A stretch of 64,000 bases of DNA, taken from contig JBAZSF010000003.1 in NCBI GenBank assembly GCA_041662525.1, positions 14,187-78,186 on the forward strand, in the 5' to 3' direction. Below the pieces are notes generated by a model. It saw only the letters and a program-made list of their open reading frames with translations, did not search any database and was not told where the DNA came from. The DNA comes from Minisyncoccota bacterium. GTDB lineage: Bacteria; Patescibacteriota; Minisyncoccia; Phycocordibacterales; UBA9973. Made by a program: the position numbers and the translations under genes. Of the stretch, positions 27,525-37,616 are shown piece by piece (the stretch's first letter is position 1; each line of letters starts with the position of its first letter).

Positions 27525-30110
27525 CTAAGGATTTGGGACTTCGGGTGCTGGTATTGGATCTAATACTATCTCTGGTGCTGGAGCAGGTACTGGATCTGGT
27601 TCTAATGCAGGTTCTGGGTCTGTTACGGGCTCTGGTGCTGGCTCTGGATCTGGTGCTGGTGTAGGTGTAGGGACCGAAGGTCCTGAGCCTGTAGGCGAAG
27701 GATGTGCGAGCAAAAGCAAATTGTGAATATCATCTTTGGTTAAACATTCACCATCTACGCAGATTTTCTCCTTAGCGTTAAATACATTGGCAAAAACATC
27801 TGTCACCCCATTCGTAGCATCCGCTAGCCATGTGCCGATGACAACCTTAACATTAGTAAAGAATGCTGTCACAAAAGTTTCAGAGGGAGATCCAGACAAC
27901 GGAGTAATAGTGCCAGCAACAGAATCTAAATTTAAATTAAGCTCTTTGATTGCTTGGATCGAGAGCATTTGTAGAGCGACTCCATAGTTCACCGTCTTAT
28001 AACCTTTGTCATCCATACCTACCAACTCTGGGAAAACATTTTGCACTTCGTCTGCAATGAGGCCATAGACTCGACCAGTACCAAAACCACGATCTAGAAA
28101 TTCATCCGCTCGCCAAGAATATGTTACTGGGTTAAGCTCCGTAATTTTTAAAAGAGTTCCTGAAAGAGAAGTAATATCTTTTTTGAGTTTAATGTCTGAA
28201 GAACAAGAACCGACTAGAGCAGCTCCATCGAAACCTTGAAGACAACCATTGGTGCCAGAAGTTCCAACTCGGATATCTCCGACGACTACGAGCTTGTTTG
28301 TTGTCGGACTCGTCGTCCCGATGCCGACGTTACCATTCAGGATCGTATATCCAGTTCCCGCTGGAGTTATGACTACGTTCAGATTATCTACGCCTGTCCC
28401 GGCGGTTTCTGCGGTCAAGTTGACGCTCGTACCCGCAACCCCAGTCAAAGACATCCGCTCATAATTTGAGGAGTTGGTATAGGTATTATACAAACGATAT
28501 ATTGTTTGGTTAACACCATTTCTTTGGGCTAGGGTATTGGCTAGTTCATTCATATATAAATATGAGGTACTCGCATAGCTTAAAAATGGACCATATAATG
28601 CAGTATTGCTTTTTATGATGGCATTCACACTTAAATCATATCCAGCATTTGAAGCAGGTGTATTTATTCCTACTCTTCCTTGTGGGTTTATATCAATAAC
28701 CTTCGTCCCAGCCAGAGAGTAAAGTCCATTTGCGATCTTAATTTTGCCTAGTACGGATATGTCACCAGTACCCGGAGTCAATTCTTTCACGCTCAACGAA
28801 GTTATTATCGTGGTTCCAGAGCCACTATTGTAAGCATTGAGGACAATCTTAGCTGTACTTGTTGCGGTTACATAGTCAGTGAAAGTGGCAGCTGTCAATG
28901 GTTCTCTTGCACTTACACCACCAAGATTTAAATAAGAATATGTCATAACAGAAGAAACTGTATATGTTATTTTATAAGTCCTTCCAGCAGTTACAGCGAA
29001 AGTTCCAGCTGGAGTAAGTGTACCCGTGCCAACAGTGCAAGTTAATTGCCCACCACCAGCACTGCAAGTGCCAGTTGCCGTCCAGTTAGCCGCCTCCAAA
29101 GCTGGCGCCATCTCTGGCCCCTCAGTCGCGTTGATTCCAATGCTTCCACCAGACGTTGACGAACCGATGTCCAGTGTGTTACCCGGACTCGTCGTCCCGA
29201 TCCCGACTTTGCCACCCTTGAAATAAATACCAGCAGTTGAAGACGGCCCGATCCAAGATTCAGCGAGTGTAGTAAGGGGATTAATTGAAGTAGAGTTGAT
29301 AATACCACCGGTCATGGTTCCACCTGCAAGTGGTAGATATGCAGTAGAAGTAAATGCATTCGTCCCTAAAGTTCCCCCACCAGCTGGAATGGTGAGAGTG
29401 GATCCAATATCTGAAAAAGTCAAAGTGCCTGCTCCGCCGTTGACGGTTAACGCGGTAGTGAAAGTGGCATTGGAAACTGCTACTGCTGTGCCATTGTAAG
29501 CAAGAAAGTCAGTCGTCGCGCTGTTGGCAGCTGAACCGAAAGTGCGGTAAGCGACAAAGTCCCCAGTGTCGTTGTCCGCTGCGGATCCAAAAGTACGATA
29601 AGCCAAGACATCCGTACCAATGACTAAACCTAAAGTAGTGGGAGTGACCGCCGCCGCGGCACCAGAGACATCATAGGCACTACTGTCTGTAAAGGCAGCG
29701 GTGCCAAGTAATCCAGTGACTGAATTTAAATTGATAATGGAAGCAGTTAAGCCAGTGAGGTTCGTAGCCGTCGCCGCATTCCCTGTCGTGTCTTGATTGA
29801 AAGTTGGGAAAGAAGTGAGGAGAGCGGCGGAGCCGTTGGGTGCGAGATAGGTGGAATTGTCGTAAGAAATAGTGGTGCCGGATATTTTAACAAAACCGGT
29901 ACCACTTAAGGCAGTTTGTGCAGGCAAAACATCACAATCAACTTGTGATGGTAAACATTCTGGATTATTTGTTTCTCCTGGGTTATAAGGAGTACCATCC
30001 CAAACTGCGAAAGCTATACTTGAAAAAAAATAAAAAAATACAACAAAAATAAACAGAATAGTTATTTTTTTGTTTAATCGAATTTTCATTTTTAACCAAT
30101 ATTTTACCAT
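27525..30110 (-). CDS. Secreted fibre-like protein with peptidase S74 (intramolecular chaperone) domain and Pro-rich tail
   Basis: signal peptide; G.VGIGTTSP repeats; SSDIKLKKDI...GLIADEV..VFPELV; PAP/PEP tail. Confidence 0.8.
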   Translation of the reverse strand: MVKYWLKMKIRLNKKITILFIFVVFFYFFSSIAFAVWDGTPYNPGETNNPECLPSQVDCDVLPAQTALSGTGFVKISGTTISYDNSTYLAPNGSAALLTSFPTFNQDTTGNAATATNLTGLTASIINLNSVTGLLGTAAFTDSSAYDVSGAAAAVTPTTLGLVIGTDVLAYRTFGSAADNDTGDFVAYRTFGSAANSATTDFLAYNGTAVAVSNATFTTALTVNGGAGTLTFSDIGSTLTIPAGGGTLGTNAFTSTAYLPLAGGTMTGGIINSTSINPLTTLAESWIGPSSTAGIYFKGGKVGIGTTSPGNTLDIGSSTSGGSIGINATEGPEMAPALEAANWTATGTCSAGGGQLTCTVGTGTLTPAGTFAVTAGRTYKITYTVSSVMTYSYLNLGGVSAREPLTAATFTDYVTATSTAKIVLNAYNSGSGTTIITSLSVKELTPGTGDISVLGKIKIANGLYSLAGTKVIDINPQGRVGINTPASNAGYDLSVNAIIKSNTALYGPFLSYASTSYLYMNELANTLAQRNGVNQTIYRLYNTYTNSSNYERMSLTGVAGTSVNLTAETAGTGVDNLNVVITPAGTGYTILNGNVGIGTTSPTTNKLVVVGDIRVGTSGTNGCLQGFDGAALVGSCSSDIKLKKDITSLSGTLLKITELNPVTYSWRADEFLDRGFGTGRVYGLIADEVQNVFPELVGMDDKGYKTVNYGVALQMLSIQAIKELNLNLDSVAGTITPLSGSPSETFVTAFFTNVKVVIGTWLADATNGVTDVFANVFNAKEKICVDGECLTKDDIHNLLLLAHPSPTGSGPSVPTPTPAPDPEPAPEPVTDPEPALEPDPVPAPAPEIVLDPIPAPEVPNP

Positions 30111-30139
30111 ATAATTATACTACAAATCAGATCAAAATA

Positions 30140-31372
30140 TCATCCAATATCTTTAATATTTTTAGTAATAATTTTTTCAGTGGAATCGATGTCTTTCTTT
30201 AGTTCTTCTATGTTTACACGCTCCACAGAATTTACTATTCTCCCCGCCCTATCAGCTAAATCACTACGCAAGAAATTAAATGATTGATTTATGACATTTT
30301 CAGCTTCATCTAATTTATTTTTGGTTAATTTATTAATATTTTTATTTTTTATAAAATAAAAATAAGTTTGCGTGATCAAATTTAGGATCAAAATAATTAT
30401 AGTTATAATAAATAACCACATTTCAAAAGAAACATTAAAGATGATATTATCGATTTTTATAATAATTGCATTCGATGCTTCACTATTTGTTTTATCTTCT
30501 TGAATCATTGTTGCGGTAACGGCATAGGAGCTAGGTTTTAATGAATTGGGAACTAAAATATTAAAATTACCATTCATATCTGCCACACCAAGAACAAGTA
30601 TTTTTGTTCCATCTTGAGAAACAAATGTTAAAAGCACTTGCGCTTGCGGATAACCTGAAGAACCGACTACAAACACCGCACCATCTTTTATTTCAGATAT
30701 AATTTCCGGAGCTTGCGGAATAGGTAACGGTTCCGACACTTCTAGTGTTGTTTCTGGTATTATTTCTGTTACTATTTTGGGTGTTGTTTTTGGTGCTGTT
30801 TTGGGTGTAATTTTTGGTACTGATATTGATGTAGGATTTGTCGGAGTTGAAATTGGAGGAATTGTTGTTTTTTTAATATATATTGTGGCACCAGTTAAAT
30901 TTCCTGTAATATCTGTTCCTAAACCATCATTTTCCCGAACATTTCCATTAGCAAAAACGATAGAGGCTGTTCCTTGTTTTTTAACTTTAAAAGTAACTGA
31001 AAGTACATTACCATTCTGTCCGACAAAACCTGGAGTCGGCAATCCTCCATTAAAAGTAATTTGGCCGGCATTGCTTGAAAAACTTGGCTCTTCTACCCAT
31101 AAAGAAAAAATTGAAGAAGTTTTTTGTAGGGAGAGAACTTCAAGCATATCTGCGGGAAATTGGATTATTCCCTCCACATTATTGATTGACTTACCTAAAG
31201 TATTCACATTTATTTTCATAGTAATAGTGTCGCCAACAAAAACATTTAGAGTGTTAGGTGAAATAGATAAATTTGCAGCATGAGTTTTATGTGGGATAAG
31301 AAAACTTAATGCTAAAAACATAATTGTAAATATTTTATTTTGAACAGACAACTTTAAAATTTTATTTTTCAT
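30140..31372 (-). CDS. Cohesin-domain membrane protein
   Basis: signal peptide; INNVEG.I.F...SIFSLWVEEP...F.GG.P.PGF.G; Pro/Thr linker; Ig-like domain; C-terminal TM. Confidence 0.75.
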   Translation of the reverse strand: MKNKILKLSVQNKIFTIMFLALSFLIPHKTHAANLSISPNTLNVFVGDTITMKINVNTLGKSINNVEGIIQFPADMLEVLSLQKTSSIFSLWVEEPSFSSNAGQITFNGGLPTPGFVGQNGNVLSVTFKVKKQGTASIVFANGNVRENDGLGTDITGNLTGATIYIKKTTIPPISTPTNPTSISVPKITPKTAPKTTPKIVTEIIPETTLEVSEPLPIPQAPEIISEIKDGAVFVVGSSGYPQAQVLLTFVSQDGTKILVLGVADMNGNFNILVPNSLKPSSYAVTATMIQEDKTNSEASNAIIIKIDNIIFNVSFEMWLFIITIIILILNLITQTYFYFIKNKNINKLTKNKLDEAENVINQSFNFLRSDLADRAGRIVNSVERVNIEELKKDIDSTEKIITKNIKDIG

Positions 31373-31991
31373 TTTTTTTACTTCTAAACTTTATGAATAA
31401 TCTAGCTCCAATAAACAAAATACTTAAAATTAATATAAACATTCCCACATATCTAACAAAATGATTTATTTTCTCATGGATAGATAAGGATATCGGTTTT
31501 AACCATGGATTTATTTTTGTTCCCTTTCCATCATTTGCAAAAATAGAAAAAATATCTTTAAAACCAATCAAGGCAGAACCCTCTTTTTTAGCAAGGAAAT
31601 TAATTCTCAAAATTTGTCCATCTTTGCCAAGAAAACCATCCGGTGACCCCCCAGTAAAACTTAATTCTCCTGTTTCATTATTAAAAACTGGCTCTTTAAT
31701 CCAAAGAGAAAACAAAGAATTGTTTATTTTTACTTCTTTTATCTCTAATTTGTTTTTATCGTAAATGATTGTCCCATCTATAGCGTTTATCGTTTCCGTC
31801 GAAGAAATTTTTAAATCTGCCAAGAATATATTACCTTTTTCAATCTCTTTCAGATCTTTTTGAAAATAAATTTCAGTAACAGCATGAGAAAGTGGTGTGA
31901 AAGAAAAGAAAAATAAAAAAGACACTAGGATTGTAAGCAAAATTTTTATTCTTTTGTTTATTTTTTTTATCATATAGTCCTTCTGCCCCAC
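31362..31991 (-). CDS. Cohesin-domain membrane protein
   Basis: INAIDG...SLFSLWIKEP...FTGG.P.GF.G...ANDGKGT; C-terminal TM. Confidence 0.75.
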   Translation of the reverse strand: MGQKDYMIKKINKRIKILLTILVSFLFFFSFTPLSHAVTEIYFQKDLKEIEKGNIFLADLKISSTETINAIDGTIIYDKNKLEIKEVKINNSLFSLWIKEPVFNNETGELSFTGGSPDGFLGKDGQILRINFLAKKEGSALIGFKDIFSIFANDGKGTKINPWLKPISLSIHEKINHFVRYVGMFILILSILFIGARLFIKFRSKKNEK

Positions 31992-33010
31992 TCTGAGAGC
32001 ATAATAGAAAATTCAACTGAATTAACCTTTCCGTCTTTATCAATGTCTACATAAATATTGTTGAACGGAGGGTTCTTTTTCCAAAAATAAAGTAAAATAG
32101 AAAAATCAACTGAATCTACTATATGGTCGTGACTAAAGTCTGCTTTATCATAATGGATCTCGCTTACCAACGGTAATGTTCCACTATCGCCTCCGCTTCC
32201 ACCACCACCTCCACCACCAGCAATAGTAGTAAATACTTGCGAAGCTACAGAATAACTTTCTCCAAAAGCTACTTTTAATTTAAAATAATAAGTCCCCATG
32301 CTTGGCACTGTAGCAATTTTATCTGTAGTCCAACTTTCTCCAGATACAATTAATTTTGCTGCTGAAGAATAAAAAATATCATCACCACTCCCACAAGGAT
32401 TATCTATACCAGAAACAACACACCATTCATATTGATATTCTGTATCAATAGACCCTTCATTTGTTATTGTAATATTTGCAGAGACTGAAGGAATAATATT
32501 ATCAGTAATTGAATTTATTAATACCTCAGCTGGAGATTCTCGTAAAGAACATTGAAGCCAATCTGTAGAAACACCACAATTATCACAACTAAAATTAATT
32601 CTTCCCGCTTTGGTTCCAGGGGTACCGGCCATTCCGGTAAATTGTCCAGCAGCATTAATTATTGCGCCAGAAAAATCTATCCAACCCAAAGATTTTGACC
32701 AAGCCTTACCACCTAATTCTCCTGCACAATTATTTGTTACTCCACTTTCATTTGGAGACAAATTAATCCATCCATATTGACGACTCCAGGCATATCCGCT
32801 CAATCCTGTATCTGTGATATGGACATTACAATTATCGCAACTAAAATTAATCCAACCTAAATTTTCACCAAAAGCAAACTGAGCACTAGGAGAAATTATT
32901 CCATTAGTTTCAGAGGCAAAAATATAAGAAGCAGAAAAAAATAGTAAGACGAAAAGTCCCAAAGTGAAAAATCTTTTTACAAGTATCCTAAGAGTATTTC
33001 TATGTTTCAT
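31970..33010 (-). CDS. Secreted protein with G.AW...GWI repeats and C-terminal dockerin (paired EF-hand-like loops)
   Basis: DFSHDHIVDSVDFSILL and DIDKDGKVNSVEFSIML; Gly linker. Confidence 0.75.
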   Translation of the reverse strand: MKHRNTLRILVKRFFTLGLFVLLFFSASYIFASETNGIISPSAQFAFGENLGWINFSCDNCNVHITDTGLSGYAWSRQYGWINLSPNESGVTNNCAGELGGKAWSKSLGWIDFSGAIINAAGQFTGMAGTPGTKAGRINFSCDNCGVSTDWLQCSLRESPAEVLINSITDNIIPSVSANITITNEGSIDTEYQYEWCVVSGIDNPCGSGDDIFYSSAAKLIVSGESWTTDKIATVPSMGTYYFKLKVAFGESYSVASQVFTTIAGGGGGGGSGGDSGTLPLVSEIHYDKADFSHDHIVDSVDFSILLYFWKKNPPFNNIYVDIDKDGKVNSVEFSIMLSEWGRRTI

Positions 33011-33091
33011 TTTTCCTATTAAGACCTCTATATTATATCAATATAGCTCGTATTATAAAAGAAATTTAGAAATAAATATGGGGATAAATAT

Positions 33092-34405
33092 CTACTTCAA
33101 ATATCTCTTTAAAAATTCTTCTTTAAATTCAAAAAAGTTGTCATCCAGAATAGATTGACGAATTTTTTTGACTAAGTTTACTATAAAATACAAGTTATGA
33201 GTTGAAGCTAAGGTGCCGGCAAGCATTTCTTTGCCGTGAAAAAGGTGCGCAATGTATGCTCTGGTGTAATTCTTGCACGAATAACATTCGCAATCTTTTT
33301 CAATAGGCGCAAAATCGTCTCTATATTGAGTATTTAATATATGTATTTTCCCATTTTTTGTGTAAATTGTTCCATTCCTCCCAAGGCGTGTAGGTAAAAC
33401 ACAATCAAAGAGATCTACTCCATTTTCGATGCCCATAAACAAATCTTCTGGTTCACCTATGCCTAGCAAGTGACGAGGTTTTTCTTCTGGTAATATTTCA
33501 TTTACCCATTTTACCGCGGTAGACATGTCCTCTTTTGCAAAACTCCCACCAATACCAAAACCATCAAAGTCCAAACTACTAATGAATTTTGCAGATTGTT
33601 TACGTAGATTTTCATCTCTCCCGCCCTGTACAATGCCGAAAAGCGCTGTAGAAAATTCTCTTTTTTGGGGTGTCTCGCAGGCTGACGAGCCGAGAGGCAG
33701 CGCTGGGCTAGCAAGCCCAGACAGCGACCCCAAAGAAGAGGAATTTTCTCCAGCGCTTAATTTCTGATGCTCTCGCAAGCTTCTCTCTGCCCAACGATGC
33801 GTTCGCTCTAGGGCTTCTTCTTGATATTTTAAATCCTCCGTCGGACTAGTGCATTCGTCAAAAGCAAAAATTATATCCGCACCCAAATTGTGCTGAATCT
33901 GAATTGATTTTTCCGGAGTGATGTAATGAATAGATCCATCAAGATGCGATTTAAAAGAAACACCGTCTTGCCCTATTTTTGCTAAACGTGGCGCATCGCT
34001 ATCATCAAAACGCTCAGGAATTAAAAGTGACGGATCAGTAATTTTTAAAAGTTTGGATATATCTTTACCATAAGCGACACCTAAAGAAAAAACTTGAAAT
34101 CCTCCAGAGTCAGTCATTGTGGGTCCTTTCCAATTCATAAACTTCCCTATCCCCCCCGCCCCTCGCACTATTTCATCCCCTGGTTGTAAATATAGATGAT
34201 AAGTATTTCCGAGCACCACTTGTGTGCCGGCTTCCCTCACCTGTTCCGGATTTAAAGACTTTACTGTGGCCTTGGTCCCCACAGCCACAAAAGCCGGAGT
34301 ATGTATAACCCCATGCGGAGTCTCTAAAACTCCCACCCTCCCCAGACATGTTTTACCGGCTCCGCCTTTGCTATTCTTTAATTTTTTTTCTATTTTAAAT
34401 TGCAT
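33092..34405 (-). CDS. tgt: tRNA-guanine transglycosylase with an in-frame palindromic insertion
   Basis: TDSGGFQV, GIVQGG, HLLGIG, FDCV.PTR, CECYSC...H zinc site. Confidence 0.95.
   Translation of the reverse strand: MQFKIEKKLKNSKGGAGKTCLGRVGVLETPHGVIHTPAFVAVGTKATVKSLNPEQVREAGTQVVLGNTYHLYLQPGDEIVRGAGGIGKFMNWKGPTMTDSGGFQVFSLGVAYGKDISKLLKITDPSLLIPERFDDSDAPRLAKIGQDGVSFKSHLDGSIHYITPEKSIQIQHNLGADIIFAFDECTSPTEDLKYQEEALERTHRWAERSLREHQKLSAGENSSSLGSLSGLASPALPLGSSACETPQKREFSTALFGIVQGGRDENLRKQSAKFISSLDFDGFGIGGSFAKEDMSTAVKWVNEILPEEKPRHLLGIGEPEDLFMGIENGVDLFDCVLPTRLGRNGTIYTKNGKIHILNTQYRDDFAPIEKDCECYSCKNYTRAYIAHLFHGKEMLAGTLASTHNLYFIVNLVKKIRQSILDDNFFEFKEEFLKRYLK
33641..33758. repeat. Palindromic element copy 3, inside the tgt CDS
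   Basis: imperfect ~31-bp inverted arms; shares aggctgacgagccgaga with copy 1. Confidence 0.85.
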
Positions 34406-34452
34406 TATTTACTACTGCTCCACACATTCGCATTACTATGCTCAGTATTTCC

Positions 34453-35250
34453 TCACCTTTGTTCGTCAACTTCCACAAATTTAAGCTCTTGGATGTTTAC
34501 TGGACTCACAAGCAATACCTTCGTAAAAGGATCTCGCGGATCAGAAATAATTGTTTCCACAATAGCCAAAACATATGGATTGATACCCGGCAAAACTACC
34601 TGATCCCCTTTTTGTAATATAAAATCTCTAGGCAAAATCATTTCAAAATTCCCTCCGCCTCGCCCGACTATCTCCAAAAAAGAGTCTTTGCCGGTGACGA
34701 CAACCTGTGTTTTTTCCCCAGCATTTGAAAACAAAACTACATTAGAGGAACTTTCGTAAACTAAATCCACTCGCCCAATAGGCACATTCCCAAAAGCGAA
34801 AACCATACCCCCTACTTTTATTCCCTGTGCTGTACCTGCATCAATAATCAACGTATCATAAACGCTCTGATTCGGTTTAGCTAAAATAGCTGCCAAAATC
34901 ATTTTTTTATTTTCATTTTTCCTGCCTAAAATTTCTTTTAATTTATTATTTTCATCAACCACCGAAAGATAATTCGCTCGATCAGCCGCACTATCTCTTA
35001 TTTGATCTTTTAAATTTTGGTTTTCTAAAAAAAGAGAATTTTTAGAAATAAAATACGCACCCAAACTTCCAAATTTTTCACCAACGTTCTGCCCCACAAC
35101 TAAAACAGGATGAAAAAATACTTGACTAACAGAAGAAAGTCCATCAAAAACACCAGACTTAAAATAAAATAAAATGATTAAAACAACAATACCCAGTGTG
35201 ATTTTAAAAATCTTATTTCTTTGTGTTTTTTTATCTAGGAGGTAGCTCAT
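34453..35250 (-). CDS. mreC: Rod shape-determining protein MreC
   Basis: TM + coiled coil (ENNKLKEILG), IDAG...G; follows mreB. Confidence 0.9.
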   Translation of the reverse strand: MSYLLDKKTQRNKIFKITLGIVVLIILFYFKSGVFDGLSSVSQVFFHPVLVVGQNVGEKFGSLGAYFISKNSLFLENQNLKDQIRDSAADRANYLSVVDENNKLKEILGRKNENKKMILAAILAKPNQSVYDTLIIDAGTAQGIKVGGMVFAFGNVPIGRVDLVYESSSNVVLFSNAGEKTQVVVTGKDSFLEIVGRGGGNFEMILPRDFILQKGDQVVLPGINPYVLAIVETIISDPRDPFTKVLLVSPVNIQELKFVEVDEQR

Positions 35251-36277
35251 CTTGATTGCCGATCAAAACATCTTTATAAAGTGGAAGATTATCCAAAATA
35301 ACTCCTGTCCCGCGGGCCACAGCAGAAAGTGGATCTTCAACAACATAAACTGGAATTTTAAGAACTTTTTGTAAAAGTTGGTTCAGTCCAGGAATTAAAG
35401 CTCCACCACCAGAGAGAGTAATTCCACGATGCATTATGTCTGACAAAATTTCCGGCGGAGTTGATTCCAACATGTCTTTTACACCCTCTACCAATCCTTT
35501 AATTGATAAAGAAATTGCTTCACGAATATCAGAATCTGTAACCACCACTTCACGAGGAAGACCAGTCAAAAGATCTCGCCCATGAACTTCCGTTTCCATA
35601 TATTCTCCAGGAATGACGGAACCTATAGCAATTTTAACCATTTCAGCCGTTCTTTCTCCAATCAAAATTTTAAATTCATCCCGCATATAAGAAATAATGT
35701 CATTGTTCAACCTATCACCAGCAATTTTTAAATTCTTTGATTTTACTATTCCCCCCAAAGAAATAACTGCGATATCCGTCGTTCCTCCGCCAATATCTAT
35801 AATCATCGAACCGACAGGATCTTTAATAGGAAGTCTTATCCCAATAGCAGCCGCCATCGGCTCTTCTACTAAAAAGACTTCTCTCGCTCCAGCAGAACGT
35901 GCAGCATCGTATACCGCCCGTGTCTCCACATTGGTGGTACCAGATGGTACCCCTACCAAGACTCTCGGCCGAGCTAATTTTTTAGATATTTTATCGGCTT
36001 TGTTTATTAAATAAGAAAGCATTTCTTCAGTAACTTCAAAATCAGAGATAACACCATCAACAAGAGGACGGATAGCTCTGATATGTCCTGGGGTACGCCC
36101 AAGCATTTCTTTGGCTTGTGTACCTACCGCCAAAATTTGGTTGGTCTTAATATTTACCGCTACGACAGACGGTTCATTGATTACGATCCCATGACCTTTT
36201 AAATATACCAAGGTATTGGAAGTACCTAAGTCTATTCCTATATCATTAGAAATTAATTTGTAAAATTTGTCGAACAT
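35231..36277 (-). CDS. mreB: Rod shape-determining protein MreB
   Basis: GIDLGTSNT, EEPMAAAIG, DIGGGTT, GGGAL. Confidence 0.97.
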   Translation of the reverse strand: MFDKFYKLISNDIGIDLGTSNTLVYLKGHGIVINEPSVVAVNIKTNQILAVGTQAKEMLGRTPGHIRAIRPLVDGVISDFEVTEEMLSYLINKADKISKKLARPRVLVGVPSGTTNVETRAVYDAARSAGAREVFLVEEPMAAAIGIRLPIKDPVGSMIIDIGGGTTDIAVISLGGIVKSKNLKIAGDRLNNDIISYMRDEFKILIGERTAEMVKIAIGSVIPGEYMETEVHGRDLLTGLPREVVVTDSDIREAISLSIKGLVEGVKDMLESTPPEILSDIMHRGITLSGGGALIPGLNQLLQKVLKIPVYVVEDPLSAVARGTGVILDNLPLYKDVLIGNQDELPPR

Positions 36278-37518
36278 GTTTTTATTAATTCATCAAGTGT
36301 TACTATTTTTCCTTTTTCTTCTGTGCGTTTTTTTAACTCAATTCCCCCGTCTTTTATACTGCGCGTAGAAACAACTGCCCTAAAAGGAATACCCAGCAAA
36401 TCCGCATCAGAAAATTTTTCCCCAGCTGATACATTTGTACGATCATCAAACAAAACTTCAACACCTGCTTTTAATAAACTTTCATAAACTTTATCAGCCT
36501 CTTTTAAAACTATTTCGTCTTCCCCCAAAGCAAGAAGGTGTACTTTAAATGGCGCGATGGACTCAGGCCAAACTATGCCTTTATCGTCAGACAAAACTTC
36601 TACTACTGTTCCCATCAATCTTCCCAAACCAATACCATAACTGCCCATTACAACCAATTTTTCTTCTCCGTTTTCATCCTTATATTTAAGATCAAAGGGT
36701 GCTGAAAATTTTGTTCCAAGAGAAAAAATGTTGCCTACCTCCACCGCTCTTTTTTCAACTAAATTTTCTTTGTTTAGTTTAAGTTCTGATATGATCTCAT
36801 CATTATAAACTTCTTTATTTATAGCAATTCCTGAATTTTCATCCAAGTAAATAGTATCTTCGCCAACAGAAGTGATTGTTTGAAATTCATGAGAAAATTT
36901 TGAAAAACTGCCACCAGAAGCAAAAGTAATGTAAGTTAAATGCCCGATTCCAACTTTTTTGAAAATATTTTGATAGGCTGTTTTTGCCTTTTCATAAAAA
37001 ACATTATGTTCTTCCTCGTCCTTGGAAAAAGAATAAAGCGCCTTCCAATAAAACTCTCTTCCTCTCATAATTCCAGACTTGCTTCTCGTTTCATTTCTAA
37101 AAATATTTTTAAAATCGTATGGATAAATTGGCAAATCTTTATAAGAGCTCACATATTGCTTTAAAATGTTTGAATGAGCTTCTTCATTAGTAAAAGACAA
37201 ACCAACCTCCCCTCCATTTTTTAATTTTGTTTTAAACCAATTGTCTACAACTTCATCACTCCATCTATTAGATTTTTCCCACACTTCTTTATTTTGAAGG
37301 ACAGAAGTTCTCATCTCCATCCCGCCAATCTCATTCATTTCTTCTCTAATTATGTCTTCTACTTTATTTAAAACTCGTAAACCGAGTGGTAAAAATGAAT
37401 ATACACCGGCCATTTCTTTATGGATAAAACCACCCCTAATTAGAAGCTCTGCGTTTCTGGACGTCTCGTCCGCCGGCGCTTCTTTTCTCGTTTTAGTAAA
37501 AAGTTTAGATTGTCTCAT
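36253..37518 (-). CDS. proS: Proline--tRNA ligase
   Basis: MRQSKLF start, FRNE.R...G.MRGREF, EVGNIF.LG, MGSYGIG, anticodon-binding domain. Confidence 0.93.
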   Translation of the reverse strand: MRQSKLFTKTRKEAPADETSRNAELLIRGGFIHKEMAGVYSFLPLGLRVLNKVEDIIREEMNEIGGMEMRTSVLQNKEVWEKSNRWSDEVVDNWFKTKLKNGGEVGLSFTNEEAHSNILKQYVSSYKDLPIYPYDFKNIFRNETRSKSGIMRGREFYWKALYSFSKDEEEHNVFYEKAKTAYQNIFKKVGIGHLTYITFASGGSFSKFSHEFQTITSVGEDTIYLDENSGIAINKEVYNDEIISELKLNKENLVEKRAVEVGNIFSLGTKFSAPFDLKYKDENGEEKLVVMGSYGIGLGRLMGTVVEVLSDDKGIVWPESIAPFKVHLLALGEDEIVLKEADKVYESLLKAGVEVLFDDRTNVSAGEKFSDADLLGIPFRAVVSTRSIKDGGIELKKRTEEKGKIVTLDELIKTCSTNFTN

Positions 37519-37616
37519 ATATAGAAACATCTTACTCGAAAAAAGCCCTTTGGTCAAAGTTTACCTGCCGACAAGGCACGGTTGCAAAAAACAATTCTTT
37601 CTGCTATATTATCCAT

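Noticed and set aside
27525-30110. Prophage tail gene
   Set aside because: Has a signal peptide and sits among cell-surface genes; no capsid, terminase or portal genes nearby.
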